The notes: generated by a model not told the origin, from the sequence alone. A stretch of DNA of 64,000 nt from Candidatus Caccoplasma sp. (GCA_045587545.1 JAZNCN010000012.1:17159-81158), one strand, 5' to 3'; shown: positions 38,803 through 48,850, counted from the first letter of the stretch. Numbers and translations: made by a program.

Positions 38803-40971
38803 ATGAAAGTGTTAAGTGTAAAAAGAGTATTGTTGCTTGCCGTGTTGTTATGCTCGGGAGTAGCAATGGCAGGAGAGAGAGGATTTGCAATAATTATTGA
38901 TAAGGCAAGTTATAAAGAGGCAAAAGCTGAAGTGGAGGCATATGCTCAGTCAATAGAAAAGCAGGGATTAAAAACATATATTGTTGAGGATATATGGTAT
39001 AACCCTGACTCAATAAAAGCAAAAATAAAAACTTTGGCAACTCAAAAAAATGCCCCTATTGAAGGTGTGGTATTTATAGGAGATATTCCTGTGCCTATGC
39101 TTTTTGACGCACAGCACTTTGCGTCAGGATTCAAGCCCAAACAATCTATGAAAAGAATGGAAAGAAGTTCGTGTCCCTCTGATCGTTTTTATGATGATTT
39201 AGATTTGGAGTTTGAGTTTATGGCACAAGATGAGAAGAAGCCAAATCTCTTTTACTATACACTACAGTCAACCTCAACACAAGTATGTGCCCCTGAATTA
39301 TATTCAGGACGAATAAAAACTTGTGACAAAGGAGATAAAACAAAATACGATCGTTTAAAAGCATACCTTAAAAAGGTTGTAGCTCAAAAAGAGAAAAACG
39401 AAACCCTTTCACAACTATTATACTTTGCAGGACATGGATATAACTCTGAGTCAATTCTTGCACGTATAGATGAGAAGATTGCATATCTTGAGCACTTCCC
39501 ATGGTTGCAACGTCAAGCAAACGGAATAGTATTTATGGATCACCTTGAAGATGAATTCAGTAAATTCCCGTTGATGACCCAAATGCAACGTCAAGACCTA
39601 TCGTTAGCAGTATTACACCATCACGGATACCCCGATGAGGAGTATTTAAATGGATTTCCTTTGCCAAAAAATGCAGCAGATGAGTTAAAATCGGCAAACA
39701 GATTCTTCCGTTCAAAAATACGTAAAGCGGTTGAAGGTGGAGAAGATAAAGATGCAGCACGTGAGCGTTGGGCAAAAAAATATGATGTTCCTATTCATTG
39801 GTTCGACTCAATATTTACACGTACATCAATCCTTGAAGACTCTCTATATAACGATAAACTTGACCTTCACATAACAGACTTAGGAAAATATAAACCAAAT
39901 GCAAAAGTGGTGATACTTGATGCTTGTTTCAATGGAGCATTTAACCACGAAGCATATATGGCAGAGGAGTATATCTTTGAAGATGGAGATTGTGTCGTAA
40001 CCATTGCTAACAGTGTAAACTCGCTACAAGATAAATGGTGCGACCGTCATATTGGAATGCTTGGTTATGGCTTGCGTGTTGGAAATATGGTAAAATATAA
40101 CCCCTATTTAGGAGCGCATATATATGGAGATCCAACATTTACTTTTGTACCAGGCGAGGAGGTATCGTTCGATGTTAACCAAGCAATATACAAAAACAAT
40201 AAGTTCTGGAAAAAACAGTTGAAAAACTCTTCTGCCGCAATAAAATGTTTTGCGATGGAGATGTTGGTTCAAAACAACGGCATAACATCGGAGGAGTTGT
40301 TAGAGGTATTCAAAACATCACCTGAGAATACCGTTCGACTTGTGGCATATATGATGCTGACAACAATGAAAGATGACAATTTTGTAGAGGCAACAGCGCT
40401 CGCTCTAAATGACTCTTATGAACTTATACAACGTTTTGGTGCTATATATGCAGGCAAGAGTGGAGATGAGAGATTAATACCCTCTTTAGTCTCTGCAGTA
40501 TCTCGCATAGCAAACGGCTCACGTGTCGATTTTCAATTACGCGGAGCTATAGAACTCTTCCCTCATGAGAAGTTGGTAGCGGAGTTCGTGAAACAAAATC
40601 CATGTAAAAACTATTACGATAAAGATAAAGAGGAGAAGCGTATAATGGCTATCTTTAATCGTTATACGAACGTTAATATGGAAAATGAGTTGAATTTGCC
40701 AAATGCTACTGTAAAAGAGAAGATAAATATGGTGCGTAATTTCCGTAACAAAAACCTACACACAGCAACAGATAAATTAATGCAGATGTTTATGTCTGAA
40801 ACTGACGAAGAACTACGATATACCATATTAGAAGCATTTGGCTGGTTTAACAACTCATACAAACGAAATGAGATAATCAACTTTTGTGAGCAGGTGTGGG
40901 CAAGCGAAGCATATAGCGATAAGCTACGCAACGAAGCTCAGAAAACAGCAAAACGATTAAGAGGGATTTAG
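38803..40971 (+). CDS. Exported C25-like/HEAT protein, paralog 2
   Basis: Collinear with paralog 1: FIGDIPVP, SDRFYDD, LHHHGYPD, VILDACFNGAF, IYGDP. Confidence 0.7.
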   Translation: MKVLSVKRVLLLAVLLCSGVAMAGERGFAIIIDKASYKEAKAEVEAYAQSIEKQGLKTYIVEDIWYNPDSIKAKIKTLATQKNAPIEGVVFIGDIPVPMLFDAQHFASGFKPKQSMKRMERSSCPSDRFYDDLDLEFEFMAQDEKKPNLFYYTLQSTSTQVCAPELYSGRIKTCDKGDKTKYDRLKAYLKKVVAQKEKNETLSQLLYFAGHGYNSESILARIDEKIAYLEHFPWLQRQANGIVFMDHLEDEFSKFPLMTQMQRQDLSLAVLHHHGYPDEEYLNGFPLPKNAADELKSANRFFRSKIRKAVEGGEDKDAARERWAKKYDVPIHWFDSIFTRTSILEDSLYNDKLDLHITDLGKYKPNAKVVILDACFNGAFNHEAYMAEEYIFEDGDCVVTIANSVNSLQDKWCDRHIGMLGYGLRVGNMVKYNPYLGAHIYGDPTFTFVPGEEVSFDVNQAIYKNNKFWKKQLKNSSAAIKCFAMEMLVQNNGITSEELLEVFKTSPENTVRLVAYMMLTTMKDDNFVEATALALNDSYELIQRFGAIYAGKSGDERLIPSLVSAVSRIANGSRVDFQLRGAIELFPHEKLVAEFVKQNPCKNYYDKDKEEKRIMAIFNRYTNVNMENELNLPNATVKEKINMVRNFRNKNLHTATDKLMQMFMSETDEELRYTILEAFGWFNNSYKRNEIINFCEQVWASEAYSDKLRNEAQKTAKRLRGI

Positions 40972-41103
40972 TTTTTACTTCTCGGTTTCGTAAACTCAAC
41001 CCTCGATGGGTAGTTGCTATTTTTTAGAAGAGAACAATAATGACCCTAAAGTCCTTATTAACTATCAACTGACAACTGAAAGCAAACAACTAATAGTTGA
41101 AAA

Positions 41104-42570
41104 ATGGAAATATTAATAGGATTGGTAATAGGAATAGTGATTATGACGCTTTTACATATCTATTTAGTAAAAGTGAAGAATGCTCTTGTAAAAAAACAAG
41201 AGGAGGAGATAGAATGTCTAAACCAATCGCTATCTCAATTGCGAGAAAAGAAGAACGAGATTGAGATAAAAAACGCAACAATTGTTACCGAGAAAGATAC
41301 TCAACAAAAGTTGTATGATGAAAAAATCAGAGAGTTACAGAGTATAAAAATAGAGCTACAAAAACTATCAGAAGAGCGTGAGAGCCTGCTAAAAACAAAT
41401 AGCTCTCTTATGGCAAATAATGAGGCAAAGTCAAAAATGCTTGCCGATAAAGAGAGTGAGATAGAGAAACGCCTTAAACAGCAAGCGGAGCAGTTTAAAC
41501 AACAAACTGAAACTTTGGAATTGCAATTTAAAGCATTATCAGAGAAACTTCTGAAAGATAAGGTTCAAGAACTTGGCGATAGTAACAAAACAAATCTGAC
41601 ACCTGTTATTGATGCTTTAAAAGAGGAGATGAAGAAGGTTGGAGCCGAGATTAAAGAGTCGCGCGAGAAGAGTGTCGCTCATAAATCGTCGTTAGATACT
41701 GCCATAAGAGATATGATGGAGCGTACCAACGAGATAGGCAACGAGGCAACAAAATTGGCAGAGGCTCTTAAAGGGAAATCAAAAACTCAAGGAATATACG
41801 GAGAATTGATATTATCTGATATATTACGTAGAAGCGGGTTAAAAGAGGGAGAGCAGTTTGAGTGTCAGGTTATGTTACGCGATGAGCATGGTAATGCCAT
41901 AGTAAACGAAGATACTCGCTCAAAAATGATTCCTGACGTGATAGTTCACTATCCTGATAAAGATTTGATAATTGACTCAAAGGTCTCGCTTACTGCCTAT
42001 TTGGAGTGGTGTAATGCCGAAACAGAAGAGGATAGGGTAGTGTCCGCAAAAAAACATATAACAAGTATCAGAAACCATATCAAGGAGATAGTTACAAAGT
42101 CGTATGCCGCCTATCGTAAAGAGGTTAAGCGCGAAACCATTGATTGTGTGGTAATGTTTATCCCTAATGAAGGAGCATTGCAATTGATGCGTGATTTAGA
42201 ACCTTCGCTTTGGTATGAGGCATACGACCAAAAAGTCATAATAACAAGTGAACTGTCGTTGTTCTCTCTTTTAAAAATGATTGAGAACTATTGGGCTCAA
42301 ATAATACAACAACGCAACCAAGATAAGATTATAAAGTCTGCCGAGAATATGCTTGAACGTCTCAGCTCGTTATATGATATGATGGACGATGTGGAGAAAG
42401 CTTTCAGAAATGTAGAGACTAAGTTTGACAATGTAAAAAGCAAGATGCTTACAGGAAAACAGAGTGTTGCTGTCTCGGCACGTCAGGTAATAGAGTCGGG
42501 AGTTAAATCTGCAAAAATGGAACAGAAGCTCTCAGACGGAGAAACTTTTATGATTGTCTCAAAAGAGTAA
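41104..42570 (+). CDS. rmuC: DNA recombination protein RmuC
   Basis: N-terminal TM and coiled coil; QGIYGELIL, PDVIVHYP, IIDSKVSL, VMFIPNEGA. Confidence 0.92.
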   Translation: MEILIGLVIGIVIMTLLHIYLVKVKNALVKKQEEEIECLNQSLSQLREKKNEIEIKNATIVTEKDTQQKLYDEKIRELQSIKIELQKLSEERESLLKTNSSLMANNEAKSKMLADKESEIEKRLKQQAEQFKQQTETLELQFKALSEKLLKDKVQELGDSNKTNLTPVIDALKEEMKKVGAEIKESREKSVAHKSSLDTAIRDMMERTNEIGNEATKLAEALKGKSKTQGIYGELILSDILRRSGLKEGEQFECQVMLRDEHGNAIVNEDTRSKMIPDVIVHYPDKDLIIDSKVSLTAYLEWCNAETEEDRVVSAKKHITSIRNHIKEIVTKSYAAYRKEVKRETIDCVVMFIPNEGALQLMRDLEPSLWYEAYDQKVIITSELSLFSLLKMIENYWAQIIQQRNQDKIIKSAENMLERLSSLYDMMDDVEKAFRNVETKFDNVKSKMLTGKQSVAVSARQVIESGVKSAKMEQKLSDGETFMIVSKE

Positions 42571-42593
42571 TACGATATAAAGATAGGGAAGAT

Positions 42594-43772
42594 ATGAAGT
42601 ACAATTTTGATGAGATGATTGATCGTCACGGAACACAATCCGTTAAGTACGATACAACTAAGGAGTTATGGGGAAGAGAAGATGTTCTTCCTTTATGGAT
42701 TGCCGATATGGACTTCAAAACGCCCTCTTTTATAACAGATGTTATAAAGGAGCGTCTATCACATGAGATATTGGGTTATCCTAAACCTCACGATGGCTAT
42801 TTTGAAGCCTTTATAAATTGGGCAGATCGTCGTTATGGTATGCAGATAAAAAAAGAGGAGATACACCATGTCCCGGGTATAGTTCCGGGTATATATATGA
42901 TGATAAATCATTTCTCAAACCCCGGTGATAAGGTTATGGTGCAACCACCCGTATATCACCCGTTTCACAATGTTATTGCCGCAACAGGACGTCAAGCCGT
43001 ACATAATTCCCTTATAATAGAGAACGGACGTTATCGAATCGATTTTGACGCAATGCGTCGCGACATAAAAGGGTGTAAAATATTTGTACTTTGTAATCCC
43101 CACAACCCGGGCGGACGTCGTTGGAGTAACGAGGAGTTAATAACTATGGCAGAGATATGTGCCGAAGAGGGAACACTCGTTTTAAGCGATGAGATACATG
43201 CCGATATGACCTATCCTCCCGCACGACACCTGCCCTTTGCAGCATCGTGCGAGAAAGCACGTAGCAACTCCATAACCTTTATGGCACCCTCAAAAACATT
43301 CAATATGCCGGGAGTAGTATCGTCTCAGATAATCATATTTAACGAAGATATACGTAATAGCGCATTCCCATATTTGGATAATAATCATATTTCAGGCGGA
43401 AATGTATTTGCTTTTGTAACAGCCGAGGCAGCATACAATCAAGGCGAAGAGTGGTTAAATCAAATGCTTTCGTATGTATTTGCCAATATGGATTATGTTA
43501 ATGACCGTCTCAATGCCGAGATGCCAAAGATAAAAGCGATGAAACCCGAAGCTTCATTCTTGATGTTCTTTGATTGCAGGGAGTTAGGCTTTGCTACACA
43601 AAAGGAGTTGGACGATTTCTTTGTCAATGAAGCGCGTTTAGCTCTTAACTCAGGCGATATGTTTGGTCCCGGAGGAGAAGGCTGGATGCGTTTTAATGCA
43701 GCATCTCCACGCGCAGTTATGGTTGAAGCGATGAATCGCTTAAAAGTTGCTTACGATAAACGAGGATTTTAA
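42594..43772 (+). CDS. PLP-dependent C-S lyase, MalY/PatB family
   Basis: LPLWIADMDF, LCNPHNPGG, SDEIHAD, APSKTFN. Confidence 0.93.
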   Translation: MKYNFDEMIDRHGTQSVKYDTTKELWGREDVLPLWIADMDFKTPSFITDVIKERLSHEILGYPKPHDGYFEAFINWADRRYGMQIKKEEIHHVPGIVPGIYMMINHFSNPGDKVMVQPPVYHPFHNVIAATGRQAVHNSLIIENGRYRIDFDAMRRDIKGCKIFVLCNPHNPGGRRWSNEELITMAEICAEEGTLVLSDEIHADMTYPPARHLPFAASCEKARSNSITFMAPSKTFNMPGVVSSQIIIFNEDIRNSAFPYLDNNHISGGNVFAFVTAEAAYNQGEEWLNQMLSYVFANMDYVNDRLNAEMPKIKAMKPEASFLMFFDCRELGFATQKELDDFFVNEARLALNSGDMFGPGGEGWMRFNAASPRAVMVEAMNRLKVAYDKRGF

Positions 43773-43797
43773 GAATTAGATTTTAATATTGAGAACA

Positions 43798-45090
43798 ATG
43801 AATACATTTTACCGTTTTATTGGCATATTATCAATATATGTATTGTTTTTCGCATTAACATCATGTGAGCAAGATAAAGAAGAGTTAATAGCTTTTAAAG
43901 TGGTAGTTAAAAGTGGAGAAGGCGGAGAAGCTACAGTATCATCAAATGAGGTGATATTGGGAGAAGAGGTTGTTCTGACGGCAACTCCTGAGAGTGGTTA
44001 TAGATTTTTAAATTGGACTTCAAACGGAGTTGAGGTTTCAAAAGATAATCCATATACATTTGCCGTAAATAATGATATTGAATTACAAGCAAACTTTGAA
44101 AAAGATATTTATAAATTAGAGGTAATTGCAGGAGAAGGAGGACGAGCGATGGTATATCCGAAGGAAGTTCTTAACGGAGAAGAGGTTACGCTCTATGCAG
44201 TACCTGAAGACGATTATAGTTTCTTGAATTGGATAATAGAAGGAGAAGATAGAAAAGAGATAATTCAGTTAAATCCATATAAATTAGTCATAACTGAAAA
44301 CCTAAAAATAAAAGCTACCTTTATAAGTTACAATGTTAAAGTAATGGCAGGCGAGGGCGGGACTGCTGTTGCGTCAAGAAGTAGAGTTGGATATAATGGA
44401 AAGGTAACTTTAACGGCAACTATGGAAGAGGGATATAGTTTTGTAAATTGGACTATGAATGGCAAGGAAGTCTCTGTCAGTAACCCTTATACAGCAACAA
44501 TAATAGAAGATAGTGAATATGTAGCTACTTTTAAAAAGTATTCAGAAAATGGATATGTATATGTCGATCTTGGATTATCTGTGAAATGGGCAACTTGTAA
44601 TTTGGGCGCAAGCTCATCAGAAGAGTATGGCGACTATTATGCTTGGGGAGAGACCGAGACTAAAGATATGTACTCAAAAAGTAATTATACATTTAGATTT
44701 GCAACATCAGGAAGTTTTGATCCTACCACCCTTCCATTATCCTCAGATGTTTCAAATATAAATATGGGAGGTAATTGGCGTATGCCTACAAAATTAGAGG
44801 TAGATGAACTTAGGAGTGAATGTGTTTGGATATGGGAAACAAAGAATAATATTTGCGGGTATACTATAAAAAGCAAAAAGAATGGGAATTTTATATTTAT
44901 TCCTGCCGCAGGTTATTTTGGGGGAGATGTTTATGGCGCTAATGGCGGAGGTTACTATTGGACAGGAAATCCTAATACGAATGATAGTTTTGGCGCTTAT
45001 TCTATATCCTTTACCGAATTTAGTAGAAACAATCGAATAAATACCGATAACAGGTATCTGGGATATACAATCCGTCCGGTTTGTGACTAA
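43798..45090 (+). CDS. Surface lipoprotein with three InlB-B/Flg_new-type repeats and C-terminal DUF1566/Fib_succ-like domain
   Basis: Lipobox LTSC+EQDKEE; three GEGG..A...V.L.A...GY.F.NW repeats; YVDLGLSVKWATCNLGA...YYAWG...WRMPT...GYYW...IRPV. Confidence 0.82.
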   Translation: MNTFYRFIGILSIYVLFFALTSCEQDKEELIAFKVVVKSGEGGEATVSSNEVILGEEVVLTATPESGYRFLNWTSNGVEVSKDNPYTFAVNNDIELQANFEKDIYKLEVIAGEGGRAMVYPKEVLNGEEVTLYAVPEDDYSFLNWIIEGEDRKEIIQLNPYKLVITENLKIKATFISYNVKVMAGEGGTAVASRSRVGYNGKVTLTATMEEGYSFVNWTMNGKEVSVSNPYTATIIEDSEYVATFKKYSENGYVYVDLGLSVKWATCNLGASSSEEYGDYYAWGETETKDMYSKSNYTFRFATSGSFDPTTLPLSSDVSNINMGGNWRMPTKLEVDELRSECVWIWETKNNICGYTIKSKKNGNFIFIPAAGYFGGDVYGANGGGYYWTGNPNTNDSFGAYSISFTEFSRNNRINTDNRYLGYTIRPVCD

Positions 45091-45239
45091 TAGTCAATCA
45101 GTTTTAGCTGAAAACAACGTTAAAAGAATTTTCTTGTCAATCCTAAATATTATTACTATAGATTATAAAAAAAGAGAGAAAGAGGAAAATCCAATATGTA
45201 TTTAGCCTCATCTCTCTTTTTTGTCATCATTATTTGACT

Positions 45240-45821
45240 TTACTTTTTATATCTTGCATTCAAAGCTTTGATAACCTCGTCTGTAATATCAATTTTTTTG
45301 GTAGCGTGTATTGTACCTGCGTTATTCAATACAATATCGTAAGCTTTACTCAAAACATCGTCAATGTAGTTTTGAACCGAATCATTAACACGAAGAAGCA
45401 TTTTTTGGTTGTTTTGTAATGCCTCTACCTCAAGTTTTTGAGCATACTCTTGAAGGTCTTGTTGCTTGTTCATAATGCGTTGATACTCTTGCTCTGCGCG
45501 CTCTTGAGTTAAGAAAGCATTGTTTTTAACTTTGCGTTGAAACTCTTCCATCTCTTTTTCCAAAGCTTTACCTCTCTCGTTAATGTTGGCACGCATTGAC
45601 TCTTGTTGTTTCAACATCTCTTCATTAAGTTCTTTAGCCAAGTTGTAGTTGCTTAGCAGAGAGTCGGCATTTATATAAGCTATTTTAATAGCAGAAGTGC
45701 CACAACTATCATTAGCAACTGTAACATTGCATGAAGAAGAATTCTCTTTACATTGAGTAAATGATGCTGCAACAATAAGACCTGCAGCAATAAGCGATAA
45801 TGTTTTGCCTAAATTTTTCAT
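45240..45821 (-). CDS. OmpH/Skp family outer-membrane chaperone
   Basis: KIAYINADSLLSNY, coiled coil, DITDEVIKALNARY. Confidence 0.88.
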   Translation of the reverse strand: MKNLGKTLSLIAAGLIVAASFTQCKENSSSCNVTVANDSCGTSAIKIAYINADSLLSNYNLAKELNEEMLKQQESMRANINERGKALEKEMEEFQRKVKNNAFLTQERAEQEYQRIMNKQQDLQEYAQKLEVEALQNNQKMLLRVNDSVQNYIDDVLSKAYDIVLNNAGTIHATKKIDITDEVIKALNARYKK

Positions 45822-45835
45822 AAATGGTTTAAATA

Positions 45836-46063
45836 TTAATTTTTTAATTCTTGTTCTTTTAAAATATCATCAAGGTTCTTTTTATCTCTATCACGCGCAT
45901 CAGTTGATACAGAACATGTAATACCACGTTGCCTCATATGTCTGCTTGAACCTATATGCCCGTTAGGAAATTTACCTCCCCTTTTGAATAAAATCTTTAC
46001 CGCCATTGCAAATATGGCAAAGGCTATAATAATAAAGGTTAAAAGCAATACAATATACCACAT
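45836..46063 (-). CDS. Small single-TM hypothetical protein
   Basis: MWYIVLL...VKILFKRGGKFPNGHIGSSRHMRQRGITC resembles a conserved Bacteroidales small protein. Confidence 0.7.
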   Translation of the reverse strand: MWYIVLLLTFIIIAFAIFAMAVKILFKRGGKFPNGHIGSSRHMRQRGITCSVSTDARDRDKKNLDDILKEQELKN

Positions 46064-46242
46064 TTTTGTTATATATTTGTATGGTACAATAAAAATATGG
46101 TCAAAAACCATATCTTTTTGACGCAAAATTTCACAACGGTTGCAAATATAATAAAAACGTGTGAATAAAGTTCTTTATTTGTAAAAAGTGAATAGATAAA
46201 AATATCAATTTTTAGGATTATTAATAATTAAAAATTACATAC

Positions 46243-47700
46243 ATGAAGATAACAGATTTAAAACCCAAAGCAATTTGGACTATTTTTGACGAAATAACAA
46301 AAGTTCCTCGCCCTTCAAAAAAAGAGGAGAAGATACGCCAATATCTAAAAGATTGGGCAGTAAAAAATGGAGTTGATGTAAAAGAGGACGAAACAGGTAA
46401 CATATTAATGAGTAAACCTGCAACCCCGGGTTGCGAAACTGCTCCTGTCCTTACTATGCAGGCACATATGGATATGGTTTGTGAGAAGAATAGTGGAGTA
46501 GAGTTTAATTTTGACACCGATTCTATAAAAACAGTGGTTGATGGCGATTGGGTAAGAGCTGAAGGAACAACTCTTGGAGCAGATAACGGAATAGGAATGG
46601 CAGGTGCAATGGCTGCTCTTGTTGATGAAAATTTAAAGCACGGACCACTTGAAGCGTTATTTACCGTAGATGAAGAGACAGGCTTAACAGGAGCATTTGC
46701 CTTGAAAGAGGGCTTTATGAAAGGGAAATATCTATTAAACCTTGACTCTGAAGACGAAGGTGAAATTTTTGTAGGTTGTGCCGGAGGAGTTGACACTATT
46801 TCAACTCTGCCATATACAACAGAAAAAGTTCCCGAAGGATACCATTTTATAAAGATATATGTTGAAGGTTTACGTGGAGGACATTCAGGTTGTGATATAC
46901 ATTTGGGACTTGGAAACTCAATAAAGATTTTGTCTCGTTTCCTTGCAAAATGGATAAGAAAAAATCCTCTATATCTTGTAAGTTTTGAAGGCGGAAACCT
47001 CCGTAATGCCATACCTCGAGAAGCATCAGCCGTAATAGCAGTCCGCAAGGAAGATAAAGAGCCTGTAACCATCGCGTTGAATATGTTTGCCTCAGAGGTG
47101 GCTGCAGAGTTAAAAGGGATTGACGATAACTTCAAGATGCGATGGGAAACAACCGATGCAGCTGATGCCATAGAAAGCAAAACCGCTACAAATCTAATAA
47201 ATGCATTGAACGCATGTATTCAAGGAGTAGTGGCAATGAGTCGCGATTTGGAAGGTTTGGTTGAAACCTCAACAAACCTCGCATCGGTTAAAATGCCTGA
47301 AGAAAATAAGATCGTAATATCAACAAGTCAACGAAGCAGTGTTGAGTCGGCAAAACATGCAACAGCATTCAGTATAGAGAGCGTATTTACACTCGCAGGA
47401 GCAACCGTAACGCATAGCGAAGGCTATCCGGGTTGGAAACCTAAAATGGATTCACATATTTTGCAATTAACAGTTGATACATACGAACAACTATTTGGTG
47501 AAAAACCTGCCATAAAAGCTATTCATGCAGGATTAGAGTGTGGGTTGTTCTTAGAGAAATATCCATATCTTGATATGGTATCATTCGGCCCTACATTACG
47601 AGGAGTACATTCACCCGATGAGAAGATGCATATACCTGCAGTAGCAAACTTTTATAAACATTTGGTTGCAATAATTGAGAAGGTAGCAGAGGAGAAGTAG
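46243..47700 (+). CDS. pepD: Aminoacyl-histidine dipeptidase (M20C)
   Basis: QAHMDMVCEK, TLGADNGIG, DEETG, NLDSE, IHAGLECG, HSPDE. Confidence 0.95.
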   Translation: MKITDLKPKAIWTIFDEITKVPRPSKKEEKIRQYLKDWAVKNGVDVKEDETGNILMSKPATPGCETAPVLTMQAHMDMVCEKNSGVEFNFDTDSIKTVVDGDWVRAEGTTLGADNGIGMAGAMAALVDENLKHGPLEALFTVDEETGLTGAFALKEGFMKGKYLLNLDSEDEGEIFVGCAGGVDTISTLPYTTEKVPEGYHFIKIYVEGLRGGHSGCDIHLGLGNSIKILSRFLAKWIRKNPLYLVSFEGGNLRNAIPREASAVIAVRKEDKEPVTIALNMFASEVAAELKGIDDNFKMRWETTDAADAIESKTATNLINALNACIQGVVAMSRDLEGLVETSTNLASVKMPEENKIVISTSQRSSVESAKHATAFSIESVFTLAGATVTHSEGYPGWKPKMDSHILQLTVDTYEQLFGEKPAIKAIHAGLECGLFLEKYPYLDMVSFGPTLRGVHSPDEKMHIPAVANFYKHLVAIIEKVAEEK

Positions 47701-47701
47701 T

Positions 47702-48019
47702 ATGATGCAAAACGAACCAACAATAGAAGAGAAGGTCGTAAAGATGCTTCGCACTGTTTACGATCCTGAAATACCCGTAAACATATATGATTTGGGTTTG
47801 ATATACCTTATCGATTTAGATGAAGATAAAAATCTAAAGGTTGAGATGACATTTACCGCACCAAACTGTCCTGCGGCAGAGTTTATACTTGAAGATGTTC
47901 GTATGAAACTTGAAGGTATAGAGGGAGTGAAAAGCCTTGATTTGCAAGTAGTCTTTGAGCCGGAATGGAATAAAGATATGATGAGTGAAGAGGCAAAACT
48001 TGACTTGGGATTTTTGTAA
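47702..48019 (+). CDS. DUF59/SufT-like Fe-S cluster assembly protein
   Basis: VYDPEIPVNIYDLGLIY, MTFTAPNCP, FEPEWNKDMMSEEAKLDLG. Confidence 0.92.
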   Translation: MMQNEPTIEEKVVKMLRTVYDPEIPVNIYDLGLIYLIDLDEDKNLKVEMTFTAPNCPAAEFILEDVRMKLEGIEGVKSLDLQVVFEPEWNKDMMSEEAKLDLGFL

Positions 48020-48063
48020 GAGAGCAGGACCATACCATGCTATATACGAAAGAGGATTGGTGT

Positions 48064-48807
48064 ATGGATAAAAAAATATATTTTATATCAGATTTGCACC
48101 TTGGAGCAAAAACTTTGGAGTCGCCACTTGAAACCGAAAAACGTGTTGTCAAGTGGTTAGACTCTGTAAAAGATTCAGCATCGGCAATATATCTTCTTGG
48201 CGATATTCTGGACTATTGGTTTGAGTATCGTTGCGTTGTGCCACGTGGTTACACTCGCTTTTTTGGAAAGATAGCAGAGTTGACAGATAGTGGGGTGGAG
48301 GTGCATTGGTTTATAGGAAACCACGATATATGGATTTTTGATTATCTGCCCAAAGAATTAGGAATAATACTTCATAAAACATCATATATAACAGAGATTT
48401 ACGGAAAACGCTTCTATATGGGGCATGGCGACGGAGAAGGCAGACGACCGCTTGGCTTCTTGTTCTTGCGCTCATTTTTCCGGAATAAGCTATGTCAAAA
48501 ACTATATTCTGCAATACACCCATGGTGGACTGTACCATTTGCTCATGGGTGGTCTTCAACGAGTCGTAAGTCGGCAGGCTGTGAACCAAAATTTGCCAAT
48601 GACGATAAAAACCCGTTAGTAGAATTTGCAGAAGAGTATAATCAAAAAGCAGAGAATAAAGTAGATTATTTTATATTCGGGCATCAACACCTGCTATTTA
48701 AGCGCCCTTTAAAAAGCGGAGGCGAGATAATCTTAACGGGCGATTGGATAAAACTATGTTCTTATGCAGAGTTTGACGGCTTTACAATAGAATTAAAACA
48801 GTTTTAG
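48064..48807 (+). CDS. lpxH: UDP-2,3-diacylglucosamine diphosphatase
   Basis: FISDLHLG, LLGDILDYWFEY, GNHD, HGDG, FGHQH, GDW. Confidence 0.88.
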   Translation: MDKKIYFISDLHLGAKTLESPLETEKRVVKWLDSVKDSASAIYLLGDILDYWFEYRCVVPRGYTRFFGKIAELTDSGVEVHWFIGNHDIWIFDYLPKELGIILHKTSYITEIYGKRFYMGHGDGEGRRPLGFLFLRSFFRNKLCQKLYSAIHPWWTVPFAHGWSSTSRKSAGCEPKFANDDKNPLVEFAEEYNQKAENKVDYFIFGHQHLLFKRPLKSGGEIILTGDWIKLCSYAEFDGFTIELKQF

Positions 48808-48850
48808 AGAACATATAAAACTTCTTAATAAAGGACTCCGTCTCTCTTCT

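Noticed and set aside
46221-47180. 319-aa minus-strand ORF
   Set aside because: Antisense shadow of pepD with no recognisable motifs.
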